Program-made: the position numbers and the translations under genes | IMG/VR virus record: IMGVR_UViG_3300042691_054280 | DNA length: 64,000 nucleotides | Reading direction: 5' to 3' (one strand) | Source: an uncultured virus (IMG/VR IMGVR_UViG_3300042691_054280) | Taxonomy: Duplodnaviria > Heunggongvirae > Uroviricota > Caudoviricetes > Crassvirales | Shown here: piece after piece, positions 1 through 9,771 of the stretch | Position numbering within the stretch: the stretch's first letter is position 1 | Layout: each line of letters opens with the position of its first letter | Notes under the pieces: generated by a model | The model's database searches: none | The model's input: the letters and a program-made list of their open reading frames with translations, nothing else | Told to the model about the DNA's origin: nothing

Positions 1-1
1 T

Positions 2-802
2 GATTGCTTTGATTACATCTGTAAGAAATTCAATCTTACTTTCATTGAAGCATTGAAAGTTGTAGATGCAGATTTTGGGTTAGGGCTTACTACCGGACAG
101 TCGTTAAAACCAGCAGTTGCCATGACTTATGGAAACGTTGAGTACCGACCGCCGGTAGAGACTAAGTTGCAAAAAAGACAGCGGCCGTGGATCCAGGCAG
201 ACAAGGATTACTGGGCACAGTTTGGAATCAGTATTGAGTTGTTGGAAGCGTATAACGTAGAAGCAATAGATCATTACTGGATCAACGATGACCGGTACAA
301 ATGCAAAAGCCTTGGCTATGCCTACAAATTCGGTCCAAGAATGAAAATCTATCAGCCTTTGGAGAGCAGAGAAAAGAAGTGGATAAGCAACACTAAAAAA
401 ACGGATTTGCAGGGGTACGAACAGTTACCTGCAACCGGAGAATTGGTTTTACTTGCCTCATCTTTAAAAGATGTGATGACACTACGGTCTCTTGGGTATT
501 ATGCAATTGCAATGCAGGGAGAATCGATTGTTCCTGATGTAGAGTTGATCCATAGATTGCAGCAACGATTTAAGTTGGTAGCAGTTCTTTACGATAACGA
601 CTTTACCAAAACGGACAATCCTGGGCAAACCATTGCCAATAAGGTATGTGCAACATATCACTTGCTGAACATTGTATTACCATCACATTACAAATCCAAA
701 GACATCTCTGACTTTGTTCGAGATCATGGAAAACAGGCGGCCCTTCGTATCATTCGTATTCAGTTACCAATTACAATCTATGAGAACGAAGAACTACCGT
801 AA
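2..802 (+). CDS. DNA primase (DnaG/TOPRIM type), 5'-truncated by the window edge
   Basis: Frame is open from base 2 (DCFDYICKKFNLTFIEALKVVDADFGL, tail of a CHC2-type zinc-finger region). TOPRIM motifs SSLKDVM, YDND and KDISD are present. Confidence 0.85.
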   Translation, partial: DCFDYICKKFNLTFIEALKVVDADFGLGLTTGQSLKPAVAMTYGNVEYRPPVETKLQKRQRPWIQADKDYWAQFGISIELLEAYNVEAIDHYWINDDRYKCKSLGYAYKFGPRMKIYQPLESREKKWISNTKKTDLQGYEQLPATGELVLLASSLKDVMTLRSLGYYAIAMQGESIVPDVELIHRLQQRFKLVAVLYDNDFTKTDNPGQTIANKVCATYHLLNIVLPSHYKSKDISDFVRDHGKQAALRIIRIQLPITIYENEELP

Positions 803-1322
803 CAGCCGCAACAAAGGACAACTGCGTGCCACCAAAAAAGATCAGGCCCTGCCAAGCAAAAAGAACAAGAAGATCAAAAATGCTCAGGCTCTGACTGTAG
901 ATGGGATTGAATTCAAATCCCGTCTCGAAGTTTATACCTACCAGCAGCTTTTGAAGTATAACCTGGTTGCTGATTACGAACAGCATAAGTTTCAACTCGT
1001 GGAAGGGTTTCATTACTCCGGACCATGCCTTGAAAATACTGTTCGTGGAGTACTTCAGGACAATTGCTCTGGCGGTAAGAAAACTTTGGGGATCACGTAT
1101 AAACCGGACTTTGTTTGTGTGGATCCGGATACCAAGAAAATCCGATGGGTAATTGAATGTAAGGGTTATCAAAATGATAGGTTTCCACTTGTATGGAAAA
1201 TGTTCAAAAGGCTGTTCATCGAACAGGAGAACCCCTGTCCTCTTTTCAAGCCCAGAAATCAGTCTCAAGTCAATCAGTGCATTAAGATGATTCTGGAATA
1301 CGAAGCATCTCTCAAAACTTAA
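780..1322 (+). CDS. PD-(D/E)xK endonuclease (DUF1064-like)
   Basis: DGIEFKSRLE...YKPDFV...VIECKG motifs. ATG 780 is preferred over the listed start at 672. Confidence 0.75.
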   Translation: MRTKNYRNSRNKGQLRATKKDQALPSKKNKKIKNAQALTVDGIEFKSRLEVYTYQQLLKYNLVADYEQHKFQLVEGFHYSGPCLENTVRGVLQDNCSGGKKTLGITYKPDFVCVDPDTKKIRWVIECKGYQNDRFPLVWKMFKRLFIEQENPCPLFKPRNQSQVNQCIKMILEYEASLKT

Positions 1323-1342
1323 TTCATACCAGACACCTCACT

Positions 1343-4300
1343 ATGAGTGTAAAAACCATTGAAGAGGAGTATATTGGTAAAGACACTGGAGTTGCAAAGA
1401 AGATTAATGCCGGCGCCACACGTTTGGTCTTTGATATTTTGCAGTCAACTCAGTATTCTACACCCATACCCTCAACTGTTCGAGAGCTGGTGGTCAATGC
1501 ATTTGACTCTCAGCGTGAAAAAGAAATTGCGATTGAAATTCTTACCGGCCAGAAAAAAGTAGAAGACTACTACATTACCCGGGAAGGAGAGCAATACGCT
1601 GACTCTAACTTCAATCCTGACTATTACGATCTCAGCCGATTGGATACAGTAAACAATACAGTCGAAGTTGTGTACGAGCACAACCCGGGCGTAGGTTACT
1701 GTGATCGTTTTCGGATTAAGGATTATGGTGTTGGAATTGGAGCGCGTCGTTTAGAAGGTGTCCTCGAGCTTGGATATTCTACTAAACGCAATACATCTGA
1801 GAACTTTGGTGCATTCGGGTTAGGGGCAAAAGTTGCTCTTTCAACCGGAGTGGATTATTATGTTCTCGAAAGTGTGTACAATGGCAAACGAGTGAAAGCT
1901 CATTGCTTCAATTACAAGACTGACTTTGTAATTCCCAGATTTCGTGCAGATGGCACGGAGAATCCAAAAATGACTTTGAGTGATGGTACCACCATTTACT
2001 ACGAAGAAGTCGATGGGTGCAACTGGACAGAGATCAGTTTTGGTGTTAAGAAACACAATTCTGTAAGGTTCAAAGAATCTGTTGTAGAGCAGTTGAACTA
2101 TCTTCAGAATGTACGTTTCTGGGAACGACTGGAGTCTGGTGCAATGCAGGAAGTCTATTTTAAAACTTCTGTGCTGTACGATTCAGAAACCATGATCGTC
2201 AGCAAAAGCACAGGGCTCGCCCGGCCCCACATCGTTATCGTTAAAGGAAAGAATTCCAGCAGCGGTATCAATTATGGGTATGTGGATTTCAAAGAGCTCG
2301 AAATGGAAGAGCTTTTCGGGCCGGTAGGGTTTAAGTGCCCTATTCGACAGACCTACGTGAATGATGATGGAGAAGTGGTAGTTGTTCAGGACGGTGTAGA
2401 TGTGACTCCATCTCGGGAAAAAGTAATCTGGAGTGAATCCACGAAAGCTTTTGTCCAGGATATGTTGCGCCGGGCTGCGGCAGAAGTATCAGAACTTGTG
2501 AGTACAGAGCTCAGTCAAACAGACTTCCTCAAGTGGCTTGAAGCAGCCATGGCAGTAGCTAATGGGCGCAGTAAAACTTCTGACAAGTCTGAGGCTATTC
2601 TGGTTACTCTTTCAAGGGTAATCGATACTAAAAGCTTGAGGCTGCAGTACAGCGGTTCTAAGGGAATTTACTTTACCAACACACTGAATTTGTTTCAGTA
2701 TTTTGATGTAAAGATTCACAGACTTGTTCCTGCAAGTTTCAATGCCTATGATGTAATCGAAGAACTCGAAGGAGATGTTTCAGAGCATGAAAGCATTGCT
2801 GAGGATGGTGAGTCCGGGTTAAAAGGATTCAAACTGATTTCCAAAACCTACTCCACCAAATCAGATCCTCCACTTACAGCGGAGCATATCTTCCACCGTG
2901 AAAAAATTGTCTCTAAGCTGCGAAGTCATTACATTCTCAACGAGTATTTGAAAAAGACTACTGGCAGCACTTCGGACTACTACATTACAATTCGAAGAAA
3001 AGCAACAGGAAGCTTTCTTACGGATATTCTGCCCGAGAATCGAAAGACTTACGAAGAGGGAATTGTGAAGCAGCAAGATCTGATTGAAAGCTTACTCAGC
3101 AAATCTTCACACTACAAGTTTCTGGATGACATTGAAGTTCCTGAGGAATATAAGGATGTGTTTAAAACAGCCGCTGCAGCTGAAGAGCATAAGCAAGCTA
3201 TGAAAAACATGAGTCCTGCTGAAATCAGGGAAATGTTTGAAGAGATAGTTTGTTACACAGTTCGTCCTGAGCATCTTAGAACTCGTCATTATGATATGAA
3301 GGATCTTGAAGATTCTTTTGTGTGGGACAAAATAGAACTTCCGTTCAAATCCCTTTTGGAGTGTAAGAGTACAATTTACTACGGTACTAATGAAGATGAG
3401 CTGCTTTTGAAAAAAGTAGCTGCCATTATTCAACCTTCAGCGCCGTCTGTTGCAGACATCTACAAAGATTCATCATCCAAATTTAGCTTGCGCACTTCAA
3501 GTGATAACAACCCAAAATTGTTCTTTTACGAATATCCGCCGTCTCGACTGCGATTGGGTGTAGACTCTGAAGGATTCTTAACGTGGCAGGACGGTGGTAG
3601 CCCCACAGACGTAGGAACGCAGCTCTCTAAAACACCTATCAAAGCATCTCAGGTTTTGAAGGTTAATACTGCACTTGCAGCAAAGCTGAGCAAATTAAAT
3701 CTGCCGCACCTTCGTCCTGTTGATGAATTCTTTTTGGCCGAAAATGAAAAAGGAGAACTTACATGTGCTCCTGAAATGAAACAGTTTCTGACTGCATACT
3801 ACATACAGAAAATTTTCCCAGAGCACACTGAAATAGAAAGGTTTACACAAGTCTTTGATGTACCGTATCTCAACGAGAACTATCCCGTTGCGTACAAAAT
3901 CATTAAAAGATTTGTAGCAGAAATATTTGAGTATGACACTTATTTCCGGATTCAAATTCTTTTGCGAACTCCGGAATTTATGTCTACTTTCGAGAAGTAT
4001 ATCAAGTTCCAACTCTTTTGTGCCATGCCTGAAGATCAGCAGGAAGGGTATGGAGGAAAGGAACAGGTTTCGGAAGAACTTTTTGTGCTTTCTGACATTC
4101 CCGGGGCAGACTTTATCAGCCTTGACATAGTTCAGGTTTCTGAATTCTGCGAAGAGTTTTCACAAAGTGCAAAGTACTTACTCGGTAGAGTTGAAAATGG
4201 AGAAAGCGCTGCACTTTACGGCGACTACACCTCAACTGAATACCAGAAGCAAGTTGAAACGTACCTTAAAGCTGTGGGTGCGTTGGCAGTTGAACTTCCG

Positions 4301-4345
4301 TTGACAGCAATAGAAAATCTCAAAAAGCAACACCCTGACTTATGA
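1343..4345 (+). CDS. rIIA: rIIA-like protein with N-terminal GHKL (Hsp90-like) ATPase
   Basis: GHKL boxes VRELVVNAFDS, DYGVGIG and STKRNTSENFGAFGLGAK, plus VTPSREKV. Directly upstream of an rIIB-like gene with ATGA overlap. Confidence 0.8.
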   Translation: MSVKTIEEEYIGKDTGVAKKINAGATRLVFDILQSTQYSTPIPSTVRELVVNAFDSQREKEIAIEILTGQKKVEDYYITREGEQYADSNFNPDYYDLSRLDTVNNTVEVVYEHNPGVGYCDRFRIKDYGVGIGARRLEGVLELGYSTKRNTSENFGAFGLGAKVALSTGVDYYVLESVYNGKRVKAHCFNYKTDFVIPRFRADGTENPKMTLSDGTTIYYEEVDGCNWTEISFGVKKHNSVRFKESVVEQLNYLQNVRFWERLESGAMQEVYFKTSVLYDSETMIVSKSTGLARPHIVIVKGKNSSSGINYGYVDFKELEMEELFGPVGFKCPIRQTYVNDDGEVVVVQDGVDVTPSREKVIWSESTKAFVQDMLRRAAAEVSELVSTELSQTDFLKWLEAAMAVANGRSKTSDKSEAILVTLSRVIDTKSLRLQYSGSKGIYFTNTLNLFQYFDVKIHRLVPASFNAYDVIEELEGDVSEHESIAEDGESGLKGFKLISKTYSTKSDPPLTAEHIFHREKIVSKLRSHYILNEYLKKTTGSTSDYYITIRRKATGSFLTDILPENRKTYEEGIVKQQDLIESLLSKSSHYKFLDDIEVPEEYKDVFKTAAAAEEHKQAMKNMSPAEIREMFEEIVCYTVRPEHLRTRHYDMKDLEDSFVWDKIELPFKSLLECKSTIYYGTNEDELLLKKVAAIIQPSAPSVADIYKDSSSKFSLRTSSDNNPKLFFYEYPPSRLRLGVDSEGFLTWQDGGSPTDVGTQLSKTPIKASQVLKVNTALAAKLSKLNLPHLRPVDEFFLAENEKGELTCAPEMKQFLTAYYIQKIFPEHTEIERFTQVFDVPYLNENYPVAYKIIKRFVAEIFEYDTYFRIQILLRTPEFMSTFEKYIKFQLFCAMPEDQQEGYGGKEQVSEELFVLSDIPGADFISLDIVQVSEFCEEFSQSAKYLLGRVENGESAALYGDYTSTEYQKQVETYLKAVGALAVELPLTAIENLKKQHPDL

Positions 4346-5511
4346 TCACCATCAATGTGATTGATAATCAAATTGTAGGTTCTTGCGGAGAAGAAGCGTT
4401 TACCGTTCCTTTTACCAAAGAGCTTTACGAAAAGATTCAGCACCTTGCCGAAAAAGGCAATACTGCTGAAAACATGGCAGATTACACTGCTGTGGTAGCG
4501 GAAATTACAGAGCTCACAAAATATGACGCTTCTCAGAAAATTCAGGACCGGCATCCGAACATTTATGTTCAGCCGGGCACCGGAAAGTTTTTCCTGAAGA
4601 ATGGAGATGTAGTTTCGTCTGTGCCAATGCCAAAACCATTGGTGGATCGTATTTACGATTCCATGGACAAAGACATCGACTTCGATCCACTGATCAAAAT
4701 GTGGGTGCGTTGGATGCGTAACCCAATCCTGCACAAGAAGATGAAAGCCGGCACAGGAGAACGCTTCTCTGCACGCTTCTTTTCTTTCGTGAATGCAAAG
4801 TACATGCACCCGGGGCTGAAAGCCAAGCTCATGAAAGAGCATGGATATTCTGAAGAAGTGGCAGCAGAAAAAGCTACCATCTATCAAATGAAGATCACTG
4901 CAGAAGGTCTTCTCAATGGTTATAAAGTATCCAAAGAGATCCTGGAAAAATTCAATCCGGAGACCGGTGAAAAAGAGCCACGCTACAAGCGTACTTTCAA
5001 CATCAACACCGGAGAAATTGAATCTGACGGACTTCCAGAATTCGTGGAAAATCGTCTGTTTCAACCCGCTGTTATGGGTACTAATGGGGATCCTTTTTGG
5101 TGCATAGGTATAAATGGATTCAAAAAGCCAGGACATTTTATCCGTGTCGGATGTGTACACCGTCTTGACAGTTGGGATCAGGTAAACACAAATGATGAAG
5201 CCGCTTGCGTAAAAGGCCTTCATGTTGGTGGCCTTATCTACATCAACAACTACTCTGGAGAAGTCCATAATATTTTCGTGGATCCTATGCACATTGGTGC
5301 AGTTCCGGAAGGTGGTGATGGTGCCATCCGTTGCATTCAGTACTTCGTGCATTCCAGCTTGGCTGGGGTGAATGGTTCCATTTACCATTCGTCCAAGTAT
5401 GCCAACATGACTGATGCTGAGTGGAATGACATGCGTACTGTAGCCATTGCAGAAATGGAGGCAGCATCTGCAAAAATCGAAGGTGAAAAGCAGGAACTGA
5501 CAAGCCTTTAA
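4342..5511 (+). CDS. rIIB: rIIB-like protein
   Basis: C-terminal rIIB-type signature ACVKGLHVGG..Y...VDPMHIGAVP...IRCIQY; paired with rIIA. Confidence 0.75.
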   Translation: MITINVIDNQIVGSCGEEAFTVPFTKELYEKIQHLAEKGNTAENMADYTAVVAEITELTKYDASQKIQDRHPNIYVQPGTGKFFLKNGDVVSSVPMPKPLVDRIYDSMDKDIDFDPLIKMWVRWMRNPILHKKMKAGTGERFSARFFSFVNAKYMHPGLKAKLMKEHGYSEEVAAEKATIYQMKITAEGLLNGYKVSKEILEKFNPETGEKEPRYKRTFNINTGEIESDGLPEFVENRLFQPAVMGTNGDPFWCIGINGFKKPGHFIRVGCVHRLDSWDQVNTNDEAACVKGLHVGGLIYINNYSGEVHNIFVDPMHIGAVPEGGDGAIRCIQYFVHSSLAGVNGSIYHSSKYANMTDAEWNDMRTVAIAEMEAASAKIEGEKQELTSL

Positions 5512-5522
5512 TCCTTTCTATT

Positions 5523-6320
5523 ATGGACACACCTGTGAGTGAGACTCGTGAGAACGTGTGCCTTATAGATGGAGATAGCTTGATCTACTATGAAATGGGT
5601 AGCTCGACTTTGGAAATGGCCATATCTGGTTTCAACTCCAGAGTCGAGACTATTCTGCATGCCTGCTCGACAACCAAGTATGTAGGATTTCTTACATCTA
5701 CTGAGAAGTTTCGTACTAAAGTCGCAACTTCATACAAAGCAAATCGAGTACACAAACCAAAACCTCCAATCTTTTATGCATTGCAAAAGCATGCGGAGCA
5801 GTTCTGGAGGTTTAAGTACTTTGATGGGCTCGAAGCTGATGACTTAGTAGCGTACTATAAATACTCAAGTGGTGTAGACCCTACAAAAGCGATTATCTGT
5901 TCTCCAGACAAGGACGTTCTTTACCAATGTTCCGGAGAGCACTACAATTATCGTACAATGGAGATCGTTAAAACGACTCCTGAAGAAGCTGTGAGATTTT
6001 TGTGGAAGCAAGTTTTAATGGGTGATGCAACAGATTGCATAGGTGGACTACCAGGTATAGGAGATAAAACCTCTGAGAACTGGTTAGCCGGCCGAACCAA
6101 GGAGTTCGAAACCTTTGCATTGAAAAAGTATGTTGAGAAGTTCGGAGTAGTAGATGGACTCTTTGAGTTTCATAAAACTTTCCGACTTGTCTACTTGTTG
6201 AGAACACCTACCGATATTCTTCGTGAAGTCGGTTATGCGCTCCCGCCAATATCTGATTTAATTAATCAAACTCCCGATTCCAATGAATCCGATGAATCCT
6301 GGTCCGAGTCTCCATGGTAG
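5523..6320 (+). CDS. 5'-3' exonuclease / flap endonuclease (phage RNase H-like)
   Basis: LIDGDSLIY, YKANR, LEADD, SPDKD and the helix-hairpin-helix motif GDATDCIGGLPGIGDKT. Confidence 0.9.
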   Translation: MDTPVSETRENVCLIDGDSLIYYEMGSSTLEMAISGFNSRVETILHACSTTKYVGFLTSTEKFRTKVATSYKANRVHKPKPPIFYALQKHAEQFWRFKYFDGLEADDLVAYYKYSSGVDPTKAIICSPDKDVLYQCSGEHYNYRTMEIVKTTPEEAVRFLWKQVLMGDATDCIGGLPGIGDKTSENWLAGRTKEFETFALKKYVEKFGVVDGLFEFHKTFRLVYLLRTPTDILREVGYALPPISDLINQTPDSNESDESWSESPW

Positions 6321-7101
6321 TATTTCTTACCGTGTGCTCAATCCAAGAATTGTTCAGATTTCTGGACCGGTATCCTTATTCAATAAGGAGCTGAATGAGT
6401 CGGGTGAGATTGTAAGAATCTTCAGACAAGATGGAGAAGATTTTAAGGTTCCTGGGATAGTGCTTCCAAAACCAAAGACTCCATTTCGGATAAACCATAT
6501 CGATCAAATCTCTGCCGGAGGTAAAGTTGTAGTTCCTGTGAACTTCAACCTGATTGTTGCGCGGGCCACTAAAAGCATGACATTTCTCTTGCCTTTATTA
6601 GGTGGCTACGCTGCATCGTACATGAATAAATCCCATCTGGTAAATGTGTTTATGGGAATTGATGGTGGTCCTGAAGAATGCATTGCACTACTCTATCGAT
6701 TCTCGGCTACTGCTGAATTTGCAAAGCTTGAAGCAAGACTCAAAAGTTACAAGAACTTTCTGTATGTAAAAGACACTGATCCACATCATGTGCTTTACGT
6801 ATTTGAAGTTCCTGATACTGGAAAGAATAGCTATACAGCTTTCAGAGAGGGAAAGTACTCAGAGATGGATGACATGACAAAACTTGGCATTTTACGCTTT
6901 CACAATTATGACATGAAAGGTGAGACTGCTGCAGTGCTGTTCAAACATCCTGAGCGCCGGGAACAGCTGAACGAAATGTTGGGTGCGACCCTTCCGGAGG
7001 ATGCAGAGCTTTTATCTGCACCCAGTTTAGAACAAGAAATTTTCCGAGCAGAATTTTATCACACAAAAACCTATAAATCCAATAAACATGGCTTTGATTG
7101 A
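6283..7101 (+). CDS. hypothetical protein
   Basis: 272-aa ORF overlapping both neighbours in the operon; no recognisable motif. Confidence 0.7.
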   Translation: MNPMNPGPSLHGSISYRVLNPRIVQISGPVSLFNKELNESGEIVRIFRQDGEDFKVPGIVLPKPKTPFRINHIDQISAGGKVVVPVNFNLIVARATKSMTFLLPLLGGYAASYMNKSHLVNVFMGIDGGPEECIALLYRFSATAEFAKLEARLKSYKNFLYVKDTDPHHVLYVFEVPDTGKNSYTAFREGKYSEMDDMTKLGILRFHNYDMKGETAAVLFKHPERREQLNEMLGATLPEDAELLSAPSLEQEIFRAEFYHTKTYKSNKHGFD

Positions 7102-7816
7102 CCAATTAGGGGACTGGGCTCCGGTATATGCAAAAGTTGTTGCAGAAAACCAGGAGCAATTCAATCGCCTGACGTCAGTAGTAAAAGCCGCGAGGACCTC
7201 AACCACTGTCTATCCGGACAGTGGTGAGGTACTTCGTGCTTTCAAACTGACACAACTTAAAAATGTCAAAATTGTGATCATTGGACAAGATCCATATCAC
7301 AACGGTGCAGCAACAGGGCTGGCTTTTGGTGTACGCCAGGGATTTAAAATCAACCCAAGTCTTCAGATTATTTACCGGGAATTGCTGAGAAGTCATTCTT
7401 TGGAAAGCTTTGAAAACTTCGATTACAGTTTGGAGCACTGGGCCAGGCAAGGTGTACTGTTGCTGAATACCACACTCACGGTAGAAAAAGGCAGACCGAA
7501 TATTCATCAATCACATTGGGAATGGTTTACAAAAGCCATGATCAAAGAACTTACTGTACGAAGATCCGGATTGATTTTTATGCTGTGGGGAAAGTATGCC
7601 AAAGAAGCGTTTTTGCCGATTATCAAAGAAGCAAACGAGCTTGAAGCTGCTAATCACATTACTCTTCTTGCCGGGCACCCAGCTGCTGAGGTATACAATC
7701 CCGGAAGCAAACTGTTTTACGGCACTAACTGCTTTGTAAAAGCAAACGAAATTCTTTCAACTGACCCATTGGCCACTCAAATCGATTGGCTTGGTGGTAA
7801 CAATCCTACACTGTAA
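7088..7816 (+). CDS. ung: uracil-DNA glycosylase (family 1)
   Basis: GQDPYH catalytic motif, PSL, WARQGVLLLN, LWG, and a variant HP loop (HPAAE). Confidence 0.92.
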   Translation: MALIDQLGDWAPVYAKVVAENQEQFNRLTSVVKAARTSTTVYPDSGEVLRAFKLTQLKNVKIVIIGQDPYHNGAATGLAFGVRQGFKINPSLQIIYRELLRSHSLESFENFDYSLEHWARQGVLLLNTTLTVEKGRPNIHQSHWEWFTKAMIKELTVRRSGLIFMLWGKYAKEAFLPIIKEANELEAANHITLLAGHPAAEVYNPGSKLFYGTNCFVKANEILSTDPLATQIDWLGGNNPTL

Positions 7817-8055
7817 TGCAAGTAACTGTTTGTTTACTGTTGTGCACAGGTCTACCGGAAGAATGGCTTGTGACTGAATCTCCTGAAAAAGCTGCACGTT
7901 GGGTACGCACTCAAATTGCAGAAAGACTTGCCAGGCCTTGGCTCATGCCCGGGACAAAGGCAACGGCAGAAGATTTGGCCGAATGGTTCAATAGCAGGTA
8001 CTCAGAAGGAGGCGGTAAATACGAACTGCATGTCCATCAAACAGTTGTGCAGTAA
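7816..8055 (+). CDS. hypothetical protein
   Basis: 79-aa ORF coupled to ung by a TAATG overlap. Confidence 0.6.
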   Translation: MQVTVCLLLCTGLPEEWLVTESPEKAARWVRTQIAERLARPWLMPGTKATAEDLAEWFNSRYSEGGGKYELHVHQTVVQ

Positions 8056-8071
8056 TTTCAGAAATTTCTAA

Positions 8072-8079
8072 TACCTTTA
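8072..8079 (+). promoter_or_regulatory. possible Bacteroidota -7 box variant (TACCTTTA) upstream of yopX
   Basis: One mismatch to TAnnTTTG, 7 nt before ATG 8087; no clear -33 element. Confidence 0.35.
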
Positions 8080-8086
8080 CATCAAC

Positions 8087-8473
8087 ATGAACAGAGAGAT
8101 ATTGTTTCGCGGTCTTCGGACTGACGGTAAGGGATGGGTGTATGGATGTCTTGTTATCGTTGAGCAATCTTGCTTTATTCACCGATCCGAAAAAAGAAAA
8201 GGTAGTCTTGACGATTTTATTTGGCAAGAAAGCGTCGAAGTCCTCCCCTCCTCAGTAGGTCAGTTCACCGGAGCGCCCGGTAAAAACGTGGACAAGGTTT
8301 GGAAAGGCGACAAGGTAGATGTTGGTGACGGAGTGACTCGTGTGGTGGTTTGGGACGATTACGATTACGGGTTCACGCTTTCGCCTATTTACGAGGCGCT
8401 AACATTTGGCGATTTGGCCGCAAGAAACAGACTTTATGTGACCGGCAACATTCACGAAGGAGGTAATCCATGA
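8087..8473 (+). CDS. YopX family protein
   Basis: MNREILFRG...GWVYG...VGQFTG...VTGNIHE pattern typical of phage YopX. Confidence 0.85.
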   Translation: MNREILFRGLRTDGKGWVYGCLVIVEQSCFIHRSEKRKGSLDDFIWQESVEVLPSSVGQFTGAPGKNVDKVWKGDKVDVGDGVTRVVVWDDYDYGFTLSPIYEALTFGDLAARNRLYVTGNIHEGGNP

Positions 8474-8982
8474 ACTACGAACAAATCAAAGAAACCCTCG
8501 TTGCGCGGGGAAAAGAAAAAAGCGCGTGTGCCGATCAGTACAAAAGACTACTCAAAGCCTCTAATATCCAAGAGGTATTAAAAGTCGTCGCAGACAACTT
8601 CGTTTGGTGCTGCAATCACGGCGTTATCGAACCGGAATTGCTTACAGCTATCGGAAACGAGGAGCTGAACAAGGCTAACATTTGGTTCAACCAAAACGCA
8701 AACAGCGGGTATTTGTACGCCTACGGTTCAGCAACGGTCAGAGCCTACGGTTCAGCAACGGTCAGAGCCTACGGTTCAGCAACGGTCATAGCCTCCGATT
8801 CAGCAACGGTCATAGCCTCCGATTCAGCAACGGTCGAAGCCTCCGGTTCAGCATATATCAACTCATACTCAAACGTTGAACACAAGGTGTCTGATAAGGC
8901 TATTTTGAGGTATTACTACACCGGACGGATAGTTCTTGGTGACGGGTTGAAAAAAGAAAACGTGACGGGAGGACAGCCATGA
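8470..8982 (+). CDS. hypothetical protein with 8-aa tandem repeats (likely beta-solenoid)
   Basis: Repeats AYGSATVR / ASDSATVI; ATGA overlaps at both ends. Confidence 0.75.
   Translation: MNYEQIKETLVARGKEKSACADQYKRLLKASNIQEVLKVVADNFVWCCNHGVIEPELLTAIGNEELNKANIWFNQNANSGYLYAYGSATVRAYGSATVRAYGSATVIASDSATVIASDSATVEASGSAYINSYSNVEHKVSDKAILRYYYTGRIVLGDGLKKENVTGGQP
8719..8853 (+). repeat. 24-bp tandem repeat, ~5.6 copies
   Basis: Unit GCCT(A/C)CG(G/A)TTCAGCAACGGTC(AGA/ATA/GAA) starts at 8719, 8743, 8767, 8791, 8815 and 8839. Confidence 0.95.
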
Positions 8983-9260
8983 CCGACCAACGACTACCAA
9001 TTTCCTTATGGAAATACTACCGGATGAATTATCTTGTGCACGCTATTGTGCTTTTGGTAATTCTTGTGTTTGCTGCTGCTGAGCAGAACTTTGTAATCGT
9101 TGGATTCTGCACACTGGCTATTGTCACAACAATCATTGGCGCCTGGCTTAAACACACTCCAGACTCTGATGGAAGCAACAAAATTTTTATTCTGGCTACT
9201 TTTTGTAGTGATATCAGCCATAGCCGAAGCGGTGATATTTCATCACTTCTATACTGGTAG
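8979..9260 (+). CDS. small membrane protein (2 TM)
   Basis: Two hydrophobic stretches; ATGA overlap with the upstream gene. Confidence 0.55.
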   Translation: MTDQRLPISLWKYYRMNYLVHAIVLLVILVFAAAEQNFVIVGFCTLAIVTTIIGAWLKHTPDSDGSNKIFILATFCSDISHSRSGDISSLLYW

Positions 9261-9585
9261 TAAACCACACAAAGAAAAGCCTCGTATTGATGAACACGTG
9301 TGGCTTAGCTTGCTGCTGGCAGCAGTGTTTATCGGAATTTTCATCGACTTTAAGCCGATACCAAACTTGATCATTTGCATGCTGACATTTCCGTTCATTC
9401 ACGACGGAATCTACTACGAAGTTCGAAACTTCATGAACCCACACATTTTCCAAAAAGGCTTTTTGGATCAGTCAACTACGACAGATGCAACTATAAGCCT
9501 TGGTCCAGCAGCCAGAATCTGGCTTTTTTGTATGGGAATTTTGGCATTCATAGTAGAGTACTGGCAAGTAAAAGAAATTTTGTAA
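9169..9585 (+). CDS. multi-pass membrane protein
   Basis: Start re-assigned to ATG 9169 (MEATKFLFWLL); about 4 hydrophobic segments and an FIHDGIYY motif. Confidence 0.65.
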   Translation: MEATKFLFWLLFVVISAIAEAVIFHHFYTGSKPHKEKPRIDEHVWLSLLLAAVFIGIFIDFKPIPNLIICMLTFPFIHDGIYYEVRNFMNPHIFQKGFLDQSTTTDATISLGPAARIWLFCMGILAFIVEYWQVKEIL

Positions 9586-9586
9586 T

Positions 9587-9670
9587 ATGGATAAAGAAAT
9601 ATTCTTCATCATCGTGGCTATTGTCGCGGTTGTGCTTTACAAGAACAGAAAAACTCCAATGGACGAATAA
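9587..9670 (+). CDS. 27-aa single-TM peptide
   Basis: MDKEIFFIIVAIVAVVLYKNRKTPMDE; starts 1 nt after the previous stop; not in the ORF track. Confidence 0.5.
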   Translation: MDKEIFFIIVAIVAVVLYKNRKTPMDE

Positions 9671-9722
9671 CTGCTATGAAGAACATCGTGGATACTGATG
9701 CATGATCATCGTACAAAACTAT

Positions 9723-9747
9723 AAAAGGGGCGAAAGCCCCTTTTTTT
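9723..9747. terminator. bidirectional intrinsic terminator
   Basis: AAAAGGGGC-GAAA-GCCCCTTTTTTT perfect stem with A/T tails, at the convergence point of the + and - modules. Confidence 0.92.
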
Positions 9748-9771
9748 ATGCCCCTGGCAGCAAGAAGTAGA

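Noticed and set aside
4225..5388. 387-aa antisense ORF
   Set aside because: Shadow of rIIB on the opposite strand; no motifs.
8719..8853. Possible CRISPR array or DGR repeat
   Set aside because: Contiguous in-frame 24-bp units without spacers; no cas or reverse transcriptase gene in the window.
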